Below, piece after piece: positions 61,643 to 64,000 of a stretch of DNA of 64,000 nt (position 1 is the first letter of the stretch; each line of letters starts with the position of its first letter). Origin of the DNA: Escherichia coli (GTDB lineage: Bacteria; Pseudomonadota; Gammaproteobacteria; Enterobacterales; Enterobacteriaceae); the NCBI RefSeq assembly GCF_003991155.1, contig NZ_CP031297.1; one strand, given 5' to 3'. The notes under the pieces were generated by a model, which was not told the DNA's origin, made no database searches, and worked only from the letters and a program-made list of their open reading frames with translations. A program made the translations under genes and the position numbers.

Positions 61643-64000
61643 TCGTAACCATCAAAAAGAAACTCGAAGAAACGTTGATCCCGGAGCACTTGCGAGCTGC
61701 CGGGATTATTCCTGTCCTGGCCTATGACGAAGACGATCATGTCTTCCTTATGGATGATCACAGTGCAGGCTTTGGTTTCATGTGTGAGCCCCTGTGTGGT
61801 GCCGATGAAAAAGTTCAGGAGCGAATGAACGGTTTCCTGAATCAGGAGTTCCCGTCGAAGACTACGCTCCAGTTTGTCCTGTTCCGCTCCCCGGACATCA
61901 ATCAGGAGATGTACCGGATGATGGGTTTGCGTGATGGCTTCCGTCACGAGCTGCTGACATCTGTTATCAAGGAACGGATTAACTTCCTCCAGCACCACAC
62001 GACAGATCGCATATTTGCCAAGACCAACAAAGGTATCTACGACAATGGCTTGATCCAAGACCTCAAGCTGTTCGTTACGTGCAAAGTCCCCATCAAGAAC
62101 AATAACCCGACTGAAAGCGAACTCCAGCAGCTCGCACAGCTTCGCACGAAGGTCGAATCATCGCTTCAAACCGTTGGTCTGCGTCCTCGCACAATGACGG
62201 CGGTGAACTACATCCGGATCATGAGCACCATCCTGAATTGGGGGCCAGATGCTTCATGGCGACATGACTCTGTGGATTGGGAGATGGATAAGCCCATCTG
62301 CGAGCAAATCTTCGATTACGGCACCGACGTGGAAGTCAGCAAGAATGGCATCAGGCTGGGTGACTACCACGCGAAAGTCATGTCAGCGAAAAAGCTGCCT
62401 GACGTTTTCTACTTTGGTGATGCGTTGACCTATGCCGGGGATCTCAGCGGCGGCAATTCCAGCATCAAAGAAAACTACATGGTCGTGACCAATGTTTTTT
62501 TCCCTGAGGCAGAAAGCACGAAAAACACTCTGGAGCGCAAACGCCAGTTCACTGTAAACCAAGCCTACGGGCCGATGCTCAAATTCGTGCCGGTGCTGGC
62601 GGACAAGAAGGAGAGCTTCGACACTCTCTATGAGTCCATGAAAGAGGGGGCTAAGCCAGTCAAGATCACCTACTCGGTGGTTTTATTTGCTCCAACCAAA
62701 GAACGTGTTGAAGCGGCGGCGATGGCCGCACGAAACATCTGGCGTGAATCTCGGTTCGAGCTGATGGAGGACAAGTTCGTTGCTCTGCCGATGTTCCTCA
62801 ACTGCCTGCCATTCTGTACCGACCGGGATGCAGTGCGAGACCTATTCCGCTACAAGACCATGACAACCGAGCAGGCTGCTGTGGTCCTGCCGGTGTTTGG
62901 GGAATGGAAGGGGACCGGGACCTATCATGCAGCGCTGATTTCCCGCAACGGCCAGCTCATGAGTCTGTCTCTTCACGACAGTAATACCAACAAGAACCTG
63001 GTGATCGCAGCCGAATCCGGCTCGGGTAAATCGTTCCTTACCAACGAACTGATTTTTTCCTACTTGTCCGAGGGGGCTCAGGTCTGGGTTATTGATGCCG
63101 GTAAGTCCTACCAGAAGTTGTCGGAAATGCTCAATGGCGACTTCGTTCACTTTGAAGAAGGAACGCACGTCTGCCTCAACCCGTTTGAGCTCATACAGAA
63201 CTACGAGGACGAAGAAGACGCGATAGTCAGCCTCGTTTGTGCGATGGCTTCGGCTAAGGGCTTGCTGGATGAATGGCAAATCTCTGCGTTGAAACAGGTC
63301 CTTTCTCGCCTGTGGGAAGAGAAAGGTAAAGAGATGAAGGTTGACGACATCGCTGAGCGCTGCCTGGAAGAAGAAAATGACCAGCGCCTCAAGGATATTG
63401 GTCAGCAGCTCTACGCCTTTACGTCGCAGGGCAGCTACGGGAAATACTTCTCTCGCAAGAACAACGTCAGCTTCCAGAACCAGTTCACTGTACTGGAGCT
63501 CGATGAACTGCAAGGGCGTAAGCACTTGCGTCAGGTTGTACTACTCCAGCTTATTTACCAGATCCAGCAAGAAGTATTCCTGGGTGAACGTAACCGCAAG
63601 AAAGTCGTCATCGTGGATGAGGCCTGGGACCTGCTCAAAGAGGGCGAGGTCTCGGTCTTCATGGAACATGCCTACCGCAAATTCCGTAAGTACGGTGGCT
63701 CCGTTGTCATTGCAACGCAGTCCATCAACGACCTCTATGAGAACGCAGTGGGCCGCGCCATCGCGGAGAACTCGGCCAGCATGTACTTGCTCGGCCAAAC
63801 CGAAGAAACCGTGGAATCTGTTAAACGTAGCGGTCGTCTGACCCTTTCAGAGGGCGGGTTCCACACCCTCAAAACGGTACACACCATCCAAGGCGTGTAC
63901 TCAGAAATCTTTATCAAATCGAAGAGCGGTATGGGCGTCGGTCGCTTGATAGTGGGCGACTTCCAGAAGCTACTTTATTCGACCGATCCGGTGGACGTTA
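61639..64000 (+). CDS. conjugative transfer ATPase (TraC/VirB4-like), 3'-partial
   Basis: No stop before window end (absent from ORF track); my translation shows Walker A AAESGSGKS and Walker B VVIVDEAWD. Confidence 0.85.
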   Translation, partial: MIVTIKKKLEETLIPEHLRAAGIIPVLAYDEDDHVFLMDDHSAGFGFMCEPLCGADEKVQERMNGFLNQEFPSKTTLQFVLFRSPDINQEMYRMMGLRDGFRHELLTSVIKERINFLQHHTTDRIFAKTNKGIYDNGLIQDLKLFVTCKVPIKNNNPTESELQQLAQLRTKVESSLQTVGLRPRTMTAVNYIRIMSTILNWGPDASWRHDSVDWEMDKPICEQIFDYGTDVEVSKNGIRLGDYHAKVMSAKKLPDVFYFGDALTYAGDLSGGNSSIKENYMVVTNVFFPEAESTKNTLERKRQFTVNQAYGPMLKFVPVLADKKESFDTLYESMKEGAKPVKITYSVVLFAPTKERVEAAAMAARNIWRESRFELMEDKFVALPMFLNCLPFCTDRDAVRDLFRYKTMTTEQAAVVLPVFGEWKGTGTYHAALISRNGQLMSLSLHDSNTNKNLVIAAESGSGKSFLTNELIFSYLSEGAQVWVIDAGKSYQKLSEMLNGDFVHFEEGTHVCLNPFELIQNYEDEEDAIVSLVCAMASAKGLLDEWQISALKQVLSRLWEEKGKEMKVDDIAERCLEEENDQRLKDIGQQLYAFTSQGSYGKYFSRKNNVSFQNQFTVLELDELQGRKHLRQVVLLQLIYQIQQEVFLGERNRKKVVIVDEAWDLLKEGEVSVFMEHAYRKFRKYGGSVVIATQSINDLYENAVGRAIAENSASMYLLGQTEETVESVKRSGRLTLSEGGFHTLKTVHTIQGVYSEIFIKSKSGMGVGRLIVGDFQKLLYSTDPVDV

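Noticed and set aside
62842-63841. 227-aa minus-strand and 166-aa plus-strand ORFs near the window end
   Set aside because: Overlap the TraC/VirB4-like ATPase frame, which shows Walker A and B motifs; out-of-frame or antisense artefacts.
1-64000. Search for integrase, transposase, IS elements, tRNA or rRNA genes
   Set aside because: No ORF showed tyrosine/serine recombinase or DDE transposase hallmarks, and no tRNA-like or rRNA-like sequence was noticed by eye; absence is provisional without computational scans.

Overview
The window reads as backbone of a large conjugative plasmid or plasmid-like ICE of the MOB_H relaxase / GI-type (MPF_G) T4SS family (pKLC102/PAPI-1/ICEclc-like organisation). 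All calls are from reading the sequence and ORF track by eye; no database search or computation was run. Left end: a putative Rep gene followed by about 14 iterons, DnaA boxes and an AT-rich stretch (candidate oriV). Centre (4-38.9 kb): a long, mostly plus-strand cargo/maintenance block with SppA-like peptidase, DsbA-like oxidoreductase, secreted nuclease, HU, a HigBA-like toxin-antitoxin pair, an AAA+ ATPase with two small partner proteins, three membrane proteins sharing a C-terminal tail, two ParB-like proteins, ParA, and three methyltransferase-like genes. Right end (38.9-64 kb): TopB, TraI relaxase, TraD coupling protein, T4SS genes interrupted by a 1828-aa secreted repeat protein, a DsbC-like protein and a 3'-truncated TraC/VirB4-like ATPase. 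No integrase, transposase, tRNA, rRNA or CRISPR array was seen. Three cis-motif families recur at operon starts: an 18-bp perfect palindrome resembling parS, a ~28-bp palindrome, and a GCCCAAAATGGGC-type element upstream of transfer genes. The best candidates for an undescribed system are the AAA+/DUF1257-like/DUF2997-like trio with the adjacent tail-sharing membrane proteins, the PAPS-reductase-like operon beside oriV, and the giant repeat protein inside the T4SS operon.
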